Part shown: one piece after another, positions 68,701 to 82,300 of the stretch
Layout of the letters: each line of letters begins with the position of its first letter
How positions within the stretch are numbered: position 1 is the first letter of the stretch
NCBI GenBank assembly: GCA_029953675.1
Contig: JAMWBK010000004.1
Coordinates: forward strand, 1,012,001 to 1,260,000
Direction: 5' to 3'
Source of the DNA: Rhodosorus marinus CCMP1338
Taxonomy: Eukaryota; Plantae; Rhodophyta
DNA length: 248,000 nucleotides
Notes under the pieces: model-generated
What the model saw: the letters and a program-made list of their open reading frames with translations, nothing else
The model's database searches: none
Told to the model about the DNA's origin: nothing
Program-made: the position numbers and the translations under genes

Positions 68701-69545
68701 GCCCCGTGGCACTCTAATCGGCCGTCTTTCTGTCAGGGATGTGAGAGTCGGATTGACGCTAGTGGCTACCACTTCTTGGGTTCATGCCGACTGTTACGAG
68801 GTCTCCGCACGAGGCGCCACACTCGTCTCAAGTACATCCTAACCGAATGTTTAACTCGGGTAGGGCATGCGGTTGAGGTGGAATCGGAACTACCCAGATC
68901 GGTCTCGGACACGGCGCCGGCCCGCTGTATCGCAGATCTTCTTGTCTGAGACCCTGCCGCCCGACGCTCAGCATATGTTGACCTCGCGATTACATGCCCT
69001 GTGGCGAGCGCCCACCTCACGGCTGCCGCCCGAGGCCGAGGGGCAGCCGCTTCGGCTCTTCGATGAGTGAAGGAACGACGGTATGCCGAGAGCATGGCCA
69101 GTCTGCCCTACGCCGAGGGTCGCTCCCGCCGGTTCCATCCTTTCATTGTGGAAAGCTTTGGTCATTTGGATAAGTCGGGTTTAGAGTGGTTGCGTAAATG
69201 TTTCGCTGAGCATCCTACTGAGTACTTGGAGCTTTTACGGCGTTTGAGTGCCGCCCTGTGGCGATATTCTAGCAGTATGCTTGACGAGGCGCGCCATCGG
69301 CGCATGGGTTTGCACGCTTCCCTCCCTAGTTCTTAGTTCTTTTTTCACGCCTTGCGTAGGCTTCAGGCTATGTTAATAAAGCCCAGTAAAGCCCTGGAAT
69401 AAAACCAATAAAGCCCAATAAAGCCCAATAAAGCCCAGTGAAGCCCAGTAAAGCGCAATAAAGCCAATAAAGCCGGTAAAGCCCAGTAAAGCCCAATAAA
69501 GCCAAAAAACCAATAAAACCAATGAAAACAAAAAAAAGCCGTTTG
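65790..69545 (+). mobile_element. Degenerate CRE family B element with a long 10-mer tail
   Basis: 5' GGGAGGCGCTT motif; ORF1 end, in-frame TAG, then ORF2; RT and RLE frames; (AATAAAGCCC/AGTAAAGCCC)n at 69370-69545. Confidence 0.88.
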
Positions 69546-70339
69546 GAGATTGAAATGTTTTGTTGCATTTCATTCTCCCAACGTCTTTTTTTTCTTCAAT
69601 CTACGAAAATACGTTTTCAAACAAATGAATTGGAAACAAAAAGGAAAAAAGCCAAAAGCCGTTGAGAGTTCCCAAAGGGTTTGTTCGCTCAGCGGCGGGG
69701 GAGGACAAACCTTTTGGAACTCGTCCGTGCACCCGGGCACGGAAGTCTTTCGCATGCCATAGAGGGTGGAGATATCATACATTCGGACATCTTCGGCCCA
69801 GTGACCACGAACGCCAAATAGTCTTCCCCAGCCTCCGAAAACAAATACATGCATTTTAAGCAAAAAAAAAAAAACATAAAGGAAAAAGCAGAGGCAGCGC
69901 ACATGAGAGTTGGCCCGACCGCGAGGGGGTGGGGTGGGGGTTAGAGGGAAGGCTGTTCCTGGAAGTGGTTGTGGAGCGAACGGGAAACAAGCCGTAACCT
70001 CTAAAAATAGTCAAACTGTGCACCAATAGTCTTATAGGGGGAGGGAGGGTGAGGTGAGGGACCTCAAACCAAGTACATGAATGGTGTTTCTTGCTATCGT
70101 TCGTATCCGTGGTTTTGCAAATCCGGCCTTTGGCGCTACTCAGATCGTAAGTCATTGGACGACACACAAACCCCAGCGTCACAGTTGATCTGATGCTATG
70201 GGTAGAGGCTTCAGTAGGAAGATACACGGAAGGGTATAAATATCACCTGGGATGTTGATTTGCGGGCGGAGGGACTGGGGAGGTAGCAACTGTGCGGTGG
70301 ACTGTCATCATATTTTGGGGTGTATTTGAAAGAATATTC

Positions 70340-71725
70340 ATGAAGCACGGTTTGGTAGTGATCCTGCTTGCCGGGATTTTCGGCTTGACGGTTGGCGATG
70401 ATGCCACATGCGCAACTTTTTTTAATCCGCTCGTTTCATACTACACGATTTCTCCCTCGTGCTATACACTGGAAGTTGAAGATGAAACGGTGGGAACCGT
70501 AAGCAATAGCGATGTCGTGAAGACGCAGGGACCGAACAAGGGAGAGACGTGTATCAGGTTCACTTTTGTCGTGCGCAATGGACTAGGGATTAGACGAGCC
70601 AAACTCGGGCTATGGCTTCGAGACATTCCTCTCGATCAAGCTCGGTTCACTCGTAAGAGGAAGTTTCTAGACAGTGAGCCGAACACGGTGAGAGTAGATG
70701 CATGCCTGGACGATATCCAGACAGAAGGTGACTGCTGCAGTGAAGAAAGTAGCACACCGTTGCTCGTGGTTGAGGCGAAGGTTCGCATGGAGGACGGCAA
70801 AGTGCGTACTGCTCGACTGGTTGGGAATGATGGCGCACCAGTAAGACAGCAGGTCTCGGATCCTCCACTGGCAACGTCGGACATAACCTGCCGGCCCCAA
70901 GCTCTATCTCCAAGTCTTCTGTGCGATCGCGTTAGTGACCAGGATGGGATCCCATTCTGGGCATGCAGGGTCGCACTTTCATGCCTTGTCGTCGGCAGCC
71001 CACCGGAGTTTGGCGGCATCAACCGAATCGATAAATTTGCAGGAACAGTTCAAGTGGTGATTGTACCGGCCGAAACGGAGTTTGAACCGGGAGCGATTGA
71101 GCTGACTCTTTACGAACCAATGATACCCCTGCGAACCTCGGGGAACTCTATCCGTGCAAACGCGAATACAGTGGTCCGTCGGCCTGCAGCGTCTGTGCAA
71201 GATTTTGGATCATTCTCCATTGTGACATTTGCGGTGCCAGAGCTCGCTGAATTGTTTATAGTCGCTTTTACCGTGGAGTTCGCTTTTACGCCACCCTTGA
71301 GGTATTCAGTGAGGGCCCAAGAGAAACAACGAGATCTAGTAGAATTTATCAGTTTCTTCACGGGCCAGGTTGTTGCGAATTCTGGCCCATACAAAGGACT
71401 GCAGGCAACCGATTCCTATTTTGGCGGGCCACTTGAGCCCCCTGGGCTACTTGAGGACGTGACAGTTGTGGGACGGATCGGCAGCGTTGTTTGCGGGTAT
71501 TGCTTCAATTCAAATCTGCCACCGAGAGGAGAATGGGAAGTCTTGCAATCCGGCCAACCGGAGGGCCTAAATGAAGGCCAGTTCTCAGCTGAATTGGCAC
71601 GCCAACCCGGCCGTTGTATCTTTGACGCCCAAATAGGGAGTTTCGGATCGGTGTGTGGCCCACCTGGAGCCCTAGGGGTAGGCGAACGTTCGGCTCGTTC
71701 TTATATCAATTGCTTCCCTTTCTAA
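70340..71725 (+). CDS. Secreted protein: shared Cys-rich domain plus an unknown C-terminal domain
   Basis: Signal peptide; CYTL..VG.V..CIRFTF..G..F.RKRK..C..CC..CRVALSC. Confidence 0.78.
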   Translation: MKHGLVVILLAGIFGLTVGDDATCATFFNPLVSYYTISPSCYTLEVEDETVGTVSNSDVVKTQGPNKGETCIRFTFVVRNGLGIRRAKLGLWLRDIPLDQARFTRKRKFLDSEPNTVRVDACLDDIQTEGDCCSEESSTPLLVVEAKVRMEDGKVRTARLVGNDGAPVRQQVSDPPLATSDITCRPQALSPSLLCDRVSDQDGIPFWACRVALSCLVVGSPPEFGGINRIDKFAGTVQVVIVPAETEFEPGAIELTLYEPMIPLRTSGNSIRANANTVVRRPAASVQDFGSFSIVTFAVPELAELFIVAFTVEFAFTPPLRYSVRAQEKQRDLVEFISFFTGQVVANSGPYKGLQATDSYFGGPLEPPGLLEDVTVVGRIGSVVCGYCFNSNLPPRGEWEVLQSGQPEGLNEGQFSAELARQPGRCIFDAQIGSFGSVCGPPGALGVGERSARSYINCFPF

Positions 71726-72149
71726 TCGAGACTCTTACAAAATCTCCCATCTTGCCTGCATAGATCCTCCAATACCAAGATATCGTCAAAGGACAGGTTG
71801 TGTGTAAATGCACCCAGCCAACACCCCCCCCGACACCGTAAAGTAGGTGGGCAGCAACGGGGAGGGAAAGCCGATCCAATCCTGCCGGATAATCTTGTAA
71901 AACTGTCTTGGGCTTGCTTTCCAATCTCGTATCAGAAATAGTGCTGATTGTGTTGCCGCTCGGTGTCTTGAGTAGGTCTGGATAAAAACTCGTACCGGCT
72001 CCCATTTCAAGTTATAAGTCATTGCGTTTTCAGCACAGGCGCGCACCGTTTGTGTTACCCCGTTTTACGACTGATCTGCACCTATCGAATGCTCCGTTGA
72101 AGCATCACGTAAACACCCCGTAAACACCCTCTGTGTTTAGAATGAATTT

Positions 72150-74040
72150 GTTTAATCGGAGACTGAAAGAAAAACAACACCGAGGGTCAAAAAAGAATAG
72201 GCGCCGCGCTATGACGCTGTGCGGTACTCTTCCAACACTGATTCAAACCAGGTCCCAAGGAGAGAGCCTTCTGCGTGAAAGAGCAAACGTAGCGGTGAAG
72301 AAAGATCATCGGAGCGTGGAATCACAGGTTGCCGCTGCTGGAGGATACCGGCTGTTCGCCGCAGATCACCGCCTGACACCACGTGACGCGCCCGATTCTG
72401 TCGAGAAGACCTGAAAGCTCAGGGGGCACAACGAGAATAGGAAGAGAGAGAAGCGAAATGGAGACGTTCGAGGTCCTCAAAGTTGCCGGAAAGGAACATT
72501 TGCAATTTTCGGCGAGGGCGGACCCGGCGAGGACGCGGATTGAGGGGGACGGTAGAGGAGGTGAGCACGCGCGGCGGGGAAAAAAAACAAGAGTTCCCGT
72601 CGAAGAGAGCAGTGAGGGTTCGCAGCGACCTCCTGCCAGAGAAAATCCAACACCAATCCCGGGGGCATATGAAGACGACGAGGGAGCCGGACGGCCGTGC
72701 TCTGACGACAAAGGGGAAGGGAACCGTCCGGGTAGGAGGCGACGAGGTGCAAAAATCACGAGGGACGACGCTTATGCCAGGCTGAGCGGCCACTGGTAAA
72801 CAAGTGTAACCGGGACGACACGCGCTCGGAGGAGGAAGACTCTGACATCGGGCCTCCACCCAGTCGGGAAGGCAGATTGAATATCCCGAGGAGGTGCCTC
72901 GGAGGGAGGCTCAGGAGCCGCACGACACTTACGTAGGGGGCGCACAAAGGAACTAAAAGACATGAAGAAGGTAGACACAGGGTTTTCAGTAGCGGAATCT
73001 CGACTGACGGTGTTCACAGCCAGCGGGTTGGGAGAGACCGATGGTGCTTCTGCCATGTCAGTTTCACGAGCTTCGGATGGCAGGGCGAGGAGAGGAAGGG
73101 CCCTCAAGAGTCGGCGGCAGAAGGTCAACGGCAGGGTGGGCTTCCCGCAGGGCCGCCTCGGTGGAGAGGAAGGCCTCTAGCGCGGTGCGGAGGACCCGGC
73201 GAGGAGGAAAACGCGCGAAGAGGCTCGCCTGTATGGGTGAGAACCGTGCCGTATGAGTGTATAGGGCGCGACAACCGAAGCCTGTGAGGCATCCAGGTTT
73301 TTCAGGGCCCAGGGGGGAACCCAGCCGGCGTCAAAACGATCGAATTCGACAAACAAAGACACATGAGGACGAGTTAGGATCATGTTGGCTTGAGCAGGGC
73401 GCTGGAGCGCGAGGGTGGTCACAAGCGAGTGGAGGAACTGGTAAGCCGAGTGAGTAACAAGAACACCTGCGGAAGGATCATTCACAAAAAGAGTCGAGGA
73501 GCCTGGAAGGGTTTTCTTCAACACATCCCCTGAATACGCTGTTCCAGGGTGCAGGGGGTGCGTCTGCCCCTTGGGACCATCTGCGACGGGCACAGCTTTG
73601 CTTGTTAACGAAACCCGACCAAGAGCCGGCACACCCGCGTCTCCGGCCGATCGACATGGTTGAGAGTCTACGGAAACTCCCGGGGAGGTGGCTATGCCAG
73701 CGCCTACGCCAGCGAGTCACCGCCTTTATGGCGCCTTGGCAGGTAGAGGTGGGATTTTCCGGGGGTTGCGAACTAATCACCCATACGATCGAGCTCGAGC
73801 GAGCCAGTAGGCCTGATTGGGGCGTTTTGGTAGTTGACTTCCGTAACGCGTTCAACAGCGTCTCGCGGACGCATGCTTTGGAGGTGATTCGCACGATATT
73901 CCCGGAGGCGTGGCCGTTCCTATCCGGTATTTACGGAGGAGGGAGCCTCTCTTACTTGACAACGCAGGGCTCTGTTTTTGCAGCACGTAATGGCGTTCAA
74001 CAGGGTGATCCTTGTTGGCCGGTACTTCACGCGTAGTCAG
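72150..74040. mobile_element. CRE family A ORF1/ORF2 junction fragment (minus) and a family B RT fragment (plus)
   Basis: Homologous to 168.1-169.4k and 57.8-58.3k. Confidence 0.85.
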
Positions 74041-75598
74041 GTTGTGAAGGAGTTGGGTCTCAGTGCCACTGTCGTGTGCCTGGGCTAAGAGACCCATAAA
74101 TTGCAGAATAAGCCCATTGTAGAGCGGGGTCTTGTGCTTGGGCGCGTCGAGATGCAACTTCAGCGCTCCGCAGCTCAGATCAATTGCCAAAGGAGTAGTT
74201 CCGTCGTTGCCAGGTGCAGATGCAGTTGCAGGCTCAGAAACAGGGACTGGGAAAGGCTCAGGTCCGTCTGCCGCCAGACTAACGGCCGGCAGGTCTTCCA
74301 TTGTTGCGTCTGTGGAAAAGCCCCCCCCTCCGGAGGTACGGCCTCTAGGGTAGTCATATTACTCGAAACGCGTTCTCGAAAGAATCAAAGTGCAACTCTG
74401 CCGCCACGATAAATTCCAAAGTCCAAAAAGAAAAACCCCAGACTCCAGACTAACGTAGCCGTGTACACTTCGCAGAAGAAACCCCAGACTAACGTATTCC
74501 CGCCACCATGTATCGATTCGATAAACTCATTATCTCGCAAAACATCACCAAAAGTTGCCAAAACAAGCTCCAGACGTAGATAGCATCCCTACCGGAGCTG
74601 GACATTCTCGGCACTAGCTGGCCGACTAGATCTTCGCCACTTTCAGCTCCTTCAGCATGAACTTCACTCAATACGTCATCTCCTCTGCTGTAAAACCGCC
74701 TCGGCAAGTAGCCATTCGCCGACGAAGTCATAGAAGACGCGGACGGTCACGACTGGCATGTGTAGACTTAACCATAATCCACCCCCTAGCCTCCCCTTAG
74801 ATGTCATTCTCTGCATCGGAGGGTATCAGCAGCCCCGCGAATCACGTATCGCAACAGGTAGAAGGTGTACCAGGAAGCCCTCTCGAACTTGACCGCCTTA
74901 AAGTCGATCGTATCACATCTTCTGTTCAGCTTGTCATCAGCTCTTTGCACTGGTAGAGAGGTTCTTCGATTGAGAGATTTCGTGCCCTGTTTCCCCTATC
75001 GCCGAGTCCACATCATTGATGATCTATTTTACTATGGAGCGAGACAAATGCCAAACCCTTTTTCTTCCCGTTACTCCGCAACGTTAGGGTCGCTGTTGAA
75101 AATGTTCCACCCGTCAACGGACGAAAGCACTTTGGTGTCATCGTCCTGAAAGGACCGAAGTGCGACGCAGTCAAGGCAGGTGAACACAAAACCGCCGAAG
75201 ATCAAACTGGGAGGAACGCAAGTCTCAGCTCGCCGTGACGCATCGAAGATACGAGCACGCCCTTGTTGAAACAACCGGGAGGAAGTATCACAAGAGCCCT
75301 TGACTATTTTATTGACAGCTACTATCATAGATACTAACCCGACCTGAAGCGCCCAATCGAACTTTGCCGGAGAGCTGCAGTTCCTACCACATCCTCCTGT
75401 CTGTCTACCCTCACTGCTCTTGCAAACGGCTCAGGGCGTCTAGCCATGCTCTTCAGCAGCTAGCGCTCGATTCAGACAGCCTTTCCTATGTCGAACTGGC
75501 AGCTGCCAACTGCCCTCGAACAACAGCGCAGGCCCAGAACCAGTTCGACAACAACGGGTTCATTCCCTGCCCGTGGGAAGGTCGTCTCTCCTAGAAGC

Positions 75599-76447
75599 TT
75601 AAATAACTGTAGACTTCGACGATATTGGCTTTGTTGTCCTCGTTTTCTTCATCGACCAGTAGGTTTGGAAGTAGAACCTTGTGAACAGGATAAAGTACGA
75701 AAACAGCACTGATACCCCGACTATTGCCCCGGTATCGTTTCCATGACATTTCTCCGGCGTGAACAGGTATCGATAATAGGCATACGACGACGAGGAGACG
75801 CCTACGATGAACTGGATGATCTGCACCGTCGTGAGATGTTTCTTCCACCATACGTGAATCTTCAGTGCGGAGAGGATGTAGTAGTAGTACATGGCGACAT
75901 GAACGCCGAGGTTGTAGAGTATCGGGACCCACTGGGCGGTGCTGTGCTCATTCTGCTGGGACCAGGTCAAGAGGAGAGTCGCTCCATGGTGGTACTCGTG
76001 AAGGAACATTACAGGTTTCTTTCTCAGCACCAGAAAGACAGTGTCCAGCAGCTCATAGTACTTGAGGAGGTAGTTTAGCCAGTAGATCAAGTGCAGGCTG
76101 CCGTTGTCGTGCAGTTCACTCGAGCAGATCATAAAGTCCAGCGTGTCCTTAGCCGACATTCTCCCGTGGGGGCTGTTATACCCCAGAGTAACTCCCAACC
76201 AAATGAACAGAATCGCAGATGCAATGCACAGAAAGGCGTTGTGGGCGATCAACGGTGCCTTTGTATTCATTGGTTTCCTATACTCCATCACTGACTGAAG
76301 TACATGGATGACTAAAAAGTAACCCAAAACAACTGTAGCAGCAACGGAGAGCTTAGATAGAGGCGTTTCTCCTGGAACATACCTCCAGTCCCCTCCTAGG
76401 TCACTTAAATAAGCCATACCCTTCTCCAGAACATTCATCGTGCCCAC
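75599..76447 (-). CDS. Fatty-acid elongase (ELO/GNS1 family)
   Basis: KYYELLDTVFLVLRKKP, FLHEYHH, HVAMYYYY, TTVQIIQF. Confidence 0.93.
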   Translation of the reverse strand: MGTMNVLEKGMAYLSDLGGDWRYVPGETPLSKLSVAATVVLGYFLVIHVLQSVMEYRKPMNTKAPLIAHNAFLCIASAILFIWLGVTLGYNSPHGRMSAKDTLDFMICSSELHDNGSLHLIYWLNYLLKYYELLDTVFLVLRKKPVMFLHEYHHGATLLLTWSQQNEHSTAQWVPILYNLGVHVAMYYYYILSALKIHVWWKKHLTTVQIIQFIVGVSSSSYAYYRYLFTPEKCHGNDTGAIVGVSVLFSYFILFTRFYFQTYWSMKKTRTTKPISSKSTVI

Positions 76448-78039
76448 CCAGCAATCAAATCCGATACTACTCCAATAGTTCCCCTCTCAAAGAAAAATAA
76501 CTGGAAAGAATCATTACTCCATTCCAAAGACTCACACAACTCTCTCTCTCTCTTTCTTTCTGTCGTTCCAACCCCTTCTCTCCTCCCATACCATCCTCCT
76601 CAGTCCACTCCCGCCACAGCCGCAGACTTAGATAGGCACTCCATTCATAGAGTCCAAGCAGGGTTGGGCAATGCCATAAAAAAAGGAACTATCTTTCTAA
76701 GCAATTCTAAACAATCCCCATCGCCTTTGAACTACTGATGTCGTCTGTATATTTAGATCCTCGGTGTCTATATTCAAAATTCATCGACATGAGCCGGGGG
76801 GGGATTGGATTGGGTAATGCGCATACGGACTACGTCGAAGTTCTTAAGATAGCAGTTCATTCTTAATTAGGTGTTATTTTATTGGGTTTTTCATTTGATA
76901 CGTCTATATTTGGAATTGTATTAGAATATATTTAGGTTTATACGCTCGGAGGCGATGAGTTTTTCGGCGACATGTTCGAAATTCATAAAATAAGACATAG
77001 CTCTTAAATAGGTATATGGTGGCGGGAGCTATACATATATATTTCAGGTGATAAGTAGCCCATGCGCCGTATGGCGCGCGCTATGGAGACTTCATGAATT
77101 CACGCAAACTTGCTATGGAACAATATCCCTTATTGATTCTGAAGTAAACCAATTCATTCGATTCGTATTGTGCGAACAATAAATGACCTATATAAAGAAA
77201 AGAGATGTCATAGTAATTTTTTTCCTTTCGGGTTTTTTTCTTTCAGACCCCAATTAAACAATAATTTGTTGTCCTATATAGCTATTTTTCCGGTAATAAA
77301 CGTCCCCTCCCCCTCTACTTCCAGCTACCCTTCTACAACTTGCATTTGTTGTAAGTACTGAAGCTAGTCTTCTATTGTCCTCCGTCCTATTTGTCAACAA
77401 GAAGGCACGGTGCGGCGTAAGGGGAAGAATTGGGGGTAATGAGTCCGTTCTCTTCAGCTCTTGCTGGCCGCGCAGACTCATTCTATATGACCTGTGGGCT
77501 AGTGGGCTTGAGCCAGGTTTCAACGCAAGCTCGAAGTTGACTTCTCGGTGGTAAGTCTTTGACGGTTTCCGCAAGAACTCAGGGATCTTGTTATCGGCCG
77601 AATCGGAGAAGGTTATCTGTCGACTGTCGGCATCTTGTTCAAGACCTCTGAATTTTCCTCACGCTAATTTTCTTCAGGGTTTTCTGGACTTTCCTCAGAG
77701 TAATTTTCTTCAGGGTAGTTTATCGTGGGTAGCTGGATCCCCAAGTTCAACTGCTGCTAGAGAACGGTCAAAAAACCCAACCCACTTGGCACAACCCTAC
77801 TATTAAACCAATTCATTTACTGTTCCGTTTATTCCAACTATTCCCAAATTCATTCACTACTACCCTTTCGTATATATTTTATCCGATTAAACAAATTCTT
77901 TCAGAATATCGAACTTCAAAAAGCTGTCCTCTAAGCTAAGAACGGTTGCGGTGCGACATGATTTAGTAAGTATAGTTTTTCGTGATTAAGCGTTTAGTTG
78001 TACAACCAATGAATGGGAGTATATTAATTATTTGGAAAA

Positions 78040-79381
78040 CTACGGCTGGAGTTGAACGCGGAGGTTGGGCGGAGGTACGAAGGTGATGCCACAGGAGGCT
78101 GTGAAATGGACGCCTGGTCCTGGAGGCTTGACGACGAACTTCCATCCGAATATGCCTTCGCAAGTTAGAACAAGCCTGGCGAATGTGGATGTCTTGTAGA
78201 ACGACAGACCGTTGATGTGCCTGGCGAAGGTGCGGTCGTAGAACCCGGGCTTGCTGAGGATTGTCCCGAAGGGGAACGGCTGCTCGTATCCATCTTTGTA
78301 GTCGATCACGGCTTCGATTTCCACTGGCCTCGTCACGTACAGCCTTGCCAGGAAGGCTAACGCGTATGGACATTTATTTACGACGGTGTGGCCCGCGGGG
78401 AAGGCGAAGCTCCTGATCTTGACGGTGTTTCCAGTAACCCTAGTGGGGTACCTCACCCTCACGCACAACTGGTCGTTTTCCTTGTAGACTGATTTGACTT
78501 TGACGTTCTGGCGGACCCATTTCTTCGCGATGTTGGTTCCTGGGAGTTTACTGAAGTCGATTCCGAGGCTGACGGTGTGTGTGGTGAAGGTCTTGGTCAG
78601 TCGCTTCAGCACGAAAGTATTTATTGTGTCTGTGATCAGCTTCTGGAGTGCGTCTTCGCTGAACTGATGGAGCAGAACCGCCTTCAGGTCGGCCGCCATC
78701 GCCGAGTTGACCGCGTCCATCCTCGCGGGGAAGGATGGGATATTGTTCTTCATCCACTGTTGGTTGGCGATGCCACCGATCACCTCCACTTTCACAGGCT
78801 TCACCCGTAGCCCCAGGAGGTCGGGGTCAAACTGGAAGCTTATCCGGATCCTGAAGTTTTCAAGGTCCGCTCTATGCGTCTGGTGAGCGGTTGCGCACGG
78901 TTTGTTCGTGCTTGTGTCCATGCACCCAGCCTGGAGCTCCCGACCATTCTACTCCATCTTCACATCAACGATGAGGAGCACCACCCCACTTACCACCTTT
79001 GCGTACACGAGGACGCCTTGGGTCTTCATATCCTTATAGTACACTTCGTACAATTTGTTGCTTGAGTTCGGCTCCGTCGGACTTTTCTCCAACGGCGACG
79101 TCCTCGGACATTCAGAGCGTGCTTGATGCCGTCCGGGAACTTGACCCAGCTCGTACTTGCATCGAAAAACCTCGCCACAGGCCCATTCCACTTACCGTAG
79201 TAGTCCATCTGGATCCTGAACTTCTTCAGGTTGGTCTTCGCAAGGTTCACGATGGTCTCATCATCGATGCACAACATATTCAGAGAAAGTCTTCTCGAGC
79301 GGATTGCGTAGAACAATGCTACGCGATTTCCCGCTCACCAACGGCAAAATAATTACGAAAAGACAGCTCAACCTCGTCATC
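78040..79381 (-). pseudogene. Hypothetical secreted protein, split across frames (introns or frameshifts)
   Basis: Signal-like MTRLSCLFVIILPLVSG followed by consecutive ORFs 79026..79316, 78949..79191 and 78040..78921. Confidence 0.45.
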
Positions 79382-82300
79382 TTGATCAGCCACCTAGCTC
79401 TCCATGACCTCGGTCCACCCCTCACACTAGTAACCACCACTAGTACCAATATCACCCGAGCTATTTATTGTTAAGAAGCAGCCTCAATATTCCTGAGGCG
79501 GATTCAGCCAGCGGTGTACGCTCACGTAATAGCAGAGAATGTTCAAATACCCTCCCCAGCGGTTACCGGAATTAGCTAAGCACCGCCCTCTGCTCAAGCC
79601 CTCATACCTACTTTCGACTGGATCAGGCGAAGGAAATACTGAGAGGGAGAGCAGATATGTGCTTTCGCCGATCGTTTTCACCTTCAAGTTTTGCACGGAT
79701 ACAGCTCGAGGAGGGTAGCCAGAAACCAAACCCCGAGCAGCGAGCCACTCATCGAAGCGCCTTCACGGCAAAAGAGCTCTGCGTCCCATCAGCGTCATCG
79801 TATTCAATCTTCTTAAAAGAGTTTATAGAACGATTATAATAAAAATCCATTTTCAGTCAATATTATTATATTGACTAGTATAATAAGTGACGCTTATCGT
79901 CAGCAATGAAATGGCGATAGCGTTAAACCAATAGAGAAGTGATGAAGAGTTACTTACAATATTATTACCACTATGATTGCATACCGAACGAAATACCTTT
80001 GTATTTATTGTTTTATAAATAGGTCTTTTATCCAATTAAAAGCTCTGATTTGATGGCGAAGTGAACATAGTTTCTTCTCTTGAAAGTAATAGGTTATATC
80101 TATTCGTTAACATTAGTCAAAATAACGCTATTGACTGAATACGAAGCGTGAACGGTGGCTGGGAGTTTTTCGGAGGCCTTGGAAGAGGAAAACCGGATGT
80201 CATGATCGTTTGGAGACATTTGGAGGAGATATGAGTTCGCTTCGCTCCCTCGGACTCAAGCGTTAGCGAGCAGTTATGTTCTAAAAAAGATTTGGATATT
80301 CGCCAGCAGATCAATCGGTACACGGGCTAGTCTAGTGATAGTGAGGGAATATGCAGCTTGTGAGAACGATGAAAAGAATGATACTTGCTGAAAGTCATCT
80401 TGTACAACCCCGCTGGTCATGATGTGAAACACCTACACACTTGCTCAGGTCTCCGGAAGTCTCAGTTGCGCAAGCTAAGGGTATGTCTGACGGAGTGGAA
80501 TGGTGCTTGTTAACATATAGGAAGATCTCGACACCTCGCTTTGGCACGCTTTTCACTTGCAATCGGTTAGCGTGCACATTTGTTGCAGAAGAGCTGAACC
80601 GAGGGGGCCGATCCTGGTTTGTTGCATGGGAGCAAGTCGATGGGACACCGTACGCATGAGCTCGATTCCCTGAACGCGTTATCAGCAGGCACTAAATACA
80701 GCGGGTCAACATATCAATCCGTCCAAACCGACCGTGTAAATAGCTTCACCTGGCACGAAAACCATGCGCGAACGGTGTAGAACAGCTTCGCACTCTCTCC
80801 CACCGAAGGCTAACACACCACCTGGAATCCTCACATAAAGTGTGAAGACGCTGTGTGAAACTCTGTCATCAAGGTGTATTGCAAGCCCGACACTCATAGC
80901 ATCACCTCCTAGGCTCTGTTGCTCACCTCCAAATCGCGTCGGCTCTGATGACCGCTAGGACATCCTTACCAGACCTAGAGAGTATTGTCCATAAATATGA
81001 GTTATGTCGTGACTGCTGTCGAAATTCAAGGACTTTGCGACAGCTGCGTTGTGATCCTAGAGCCTAATTGAGCGCAAATTCCAAATCATGTCCAACAATT
81101 TTCTTTTTCTAGATGATTTGCGCAGAGTTGGACATCCTTCGAGACATACCATTTAGACGTTGCTGCTAAAAATAGATTTGATACCAAGGTTGAAACTCAC
81201 GAAATTCAAGAAAGAGTCTAAATCAAGACTGGGTATGTCTAGAGTGGGGAGACAGTGGCTGTTGCGAAAGCCGAACAAAATCCTCCGAGCCTGAGCTGCC
81301 CAGAGTGTCTTCAAAGTCAGAACATATATTCTGAATCTGTACATTTTTATGCCCCGAGTTCATTCTTTCAGGTTCCTGATAGACTCCCAACTATAGAGAA
81401 ACAAAATCTCAAAATAAGATACTAGGACTAGGACATGAATTGGTACCATCGGCCAGTCCTACTCGGAGGCCGTACTTCAGAGATCATATCCTATTTGGTG
81501 CCACACGAGTTTTATTATTCACATCTATGTCTTAATCAAGCAAAAAATGAGCATTATTTAGATCAACAGGGCTTGGTGCATCATCGACCATCAATAAGAC
81601 ATTAGTGGCAAGTACTCTCAAATATGCAAATAAAACATAGGACTTTGAACAGACGTCCTCGAAAGTACTCAATTCAATAAAGACATGGTTAAAAGCTAAT
81701 CCATATCCTCGTCGCGACCTGTCCTACTTTTGCTAATCATGTCCAGCGCTGAACCTACTAACGTTTGTTAACAGTCTTGGTTTGATGATCATCTTCTGCC
81801 CAGAATAGATTACGTTCAGCAGCTTCCTTCTATTCTTCTCGCTTTTATACACCCATGGGGTTCGAGAAACGCTCTACCTACGCGCTTAACTCCCATTTGG
81901 CTTGAATGAGACCCTACTACTGGTCAAAGACACATAGAGCTGAAAAAGAACGCCCTGGCGAAGCCGGAGTCGGGTGACTAGCCCACCCAACACGTCGCAA
82001 CCTCCCATTTCTGATGTTTTATATTTAAGGTTTGTCTCCGCTCCTGTTTTCATCCATCATACAATAAACCGAATTCTTACTGTGTGCCTCTATTTTATCG
82101 CGGATCAAGAACAGATTATGATAATATCATATTTTAGAATGTAGTTGACTCAGAAATAGAATACTATTTCTTTATTTAATTCATAAAAGACATGATATGT
82201 TCCTAATTAAAACTCTGATCCGACCAGATAGTGTATATGTAGCTTCCATGGAGCCTCTGAATATACGGATTAAATTACTGAAACAAAGCATGAACGCCGT

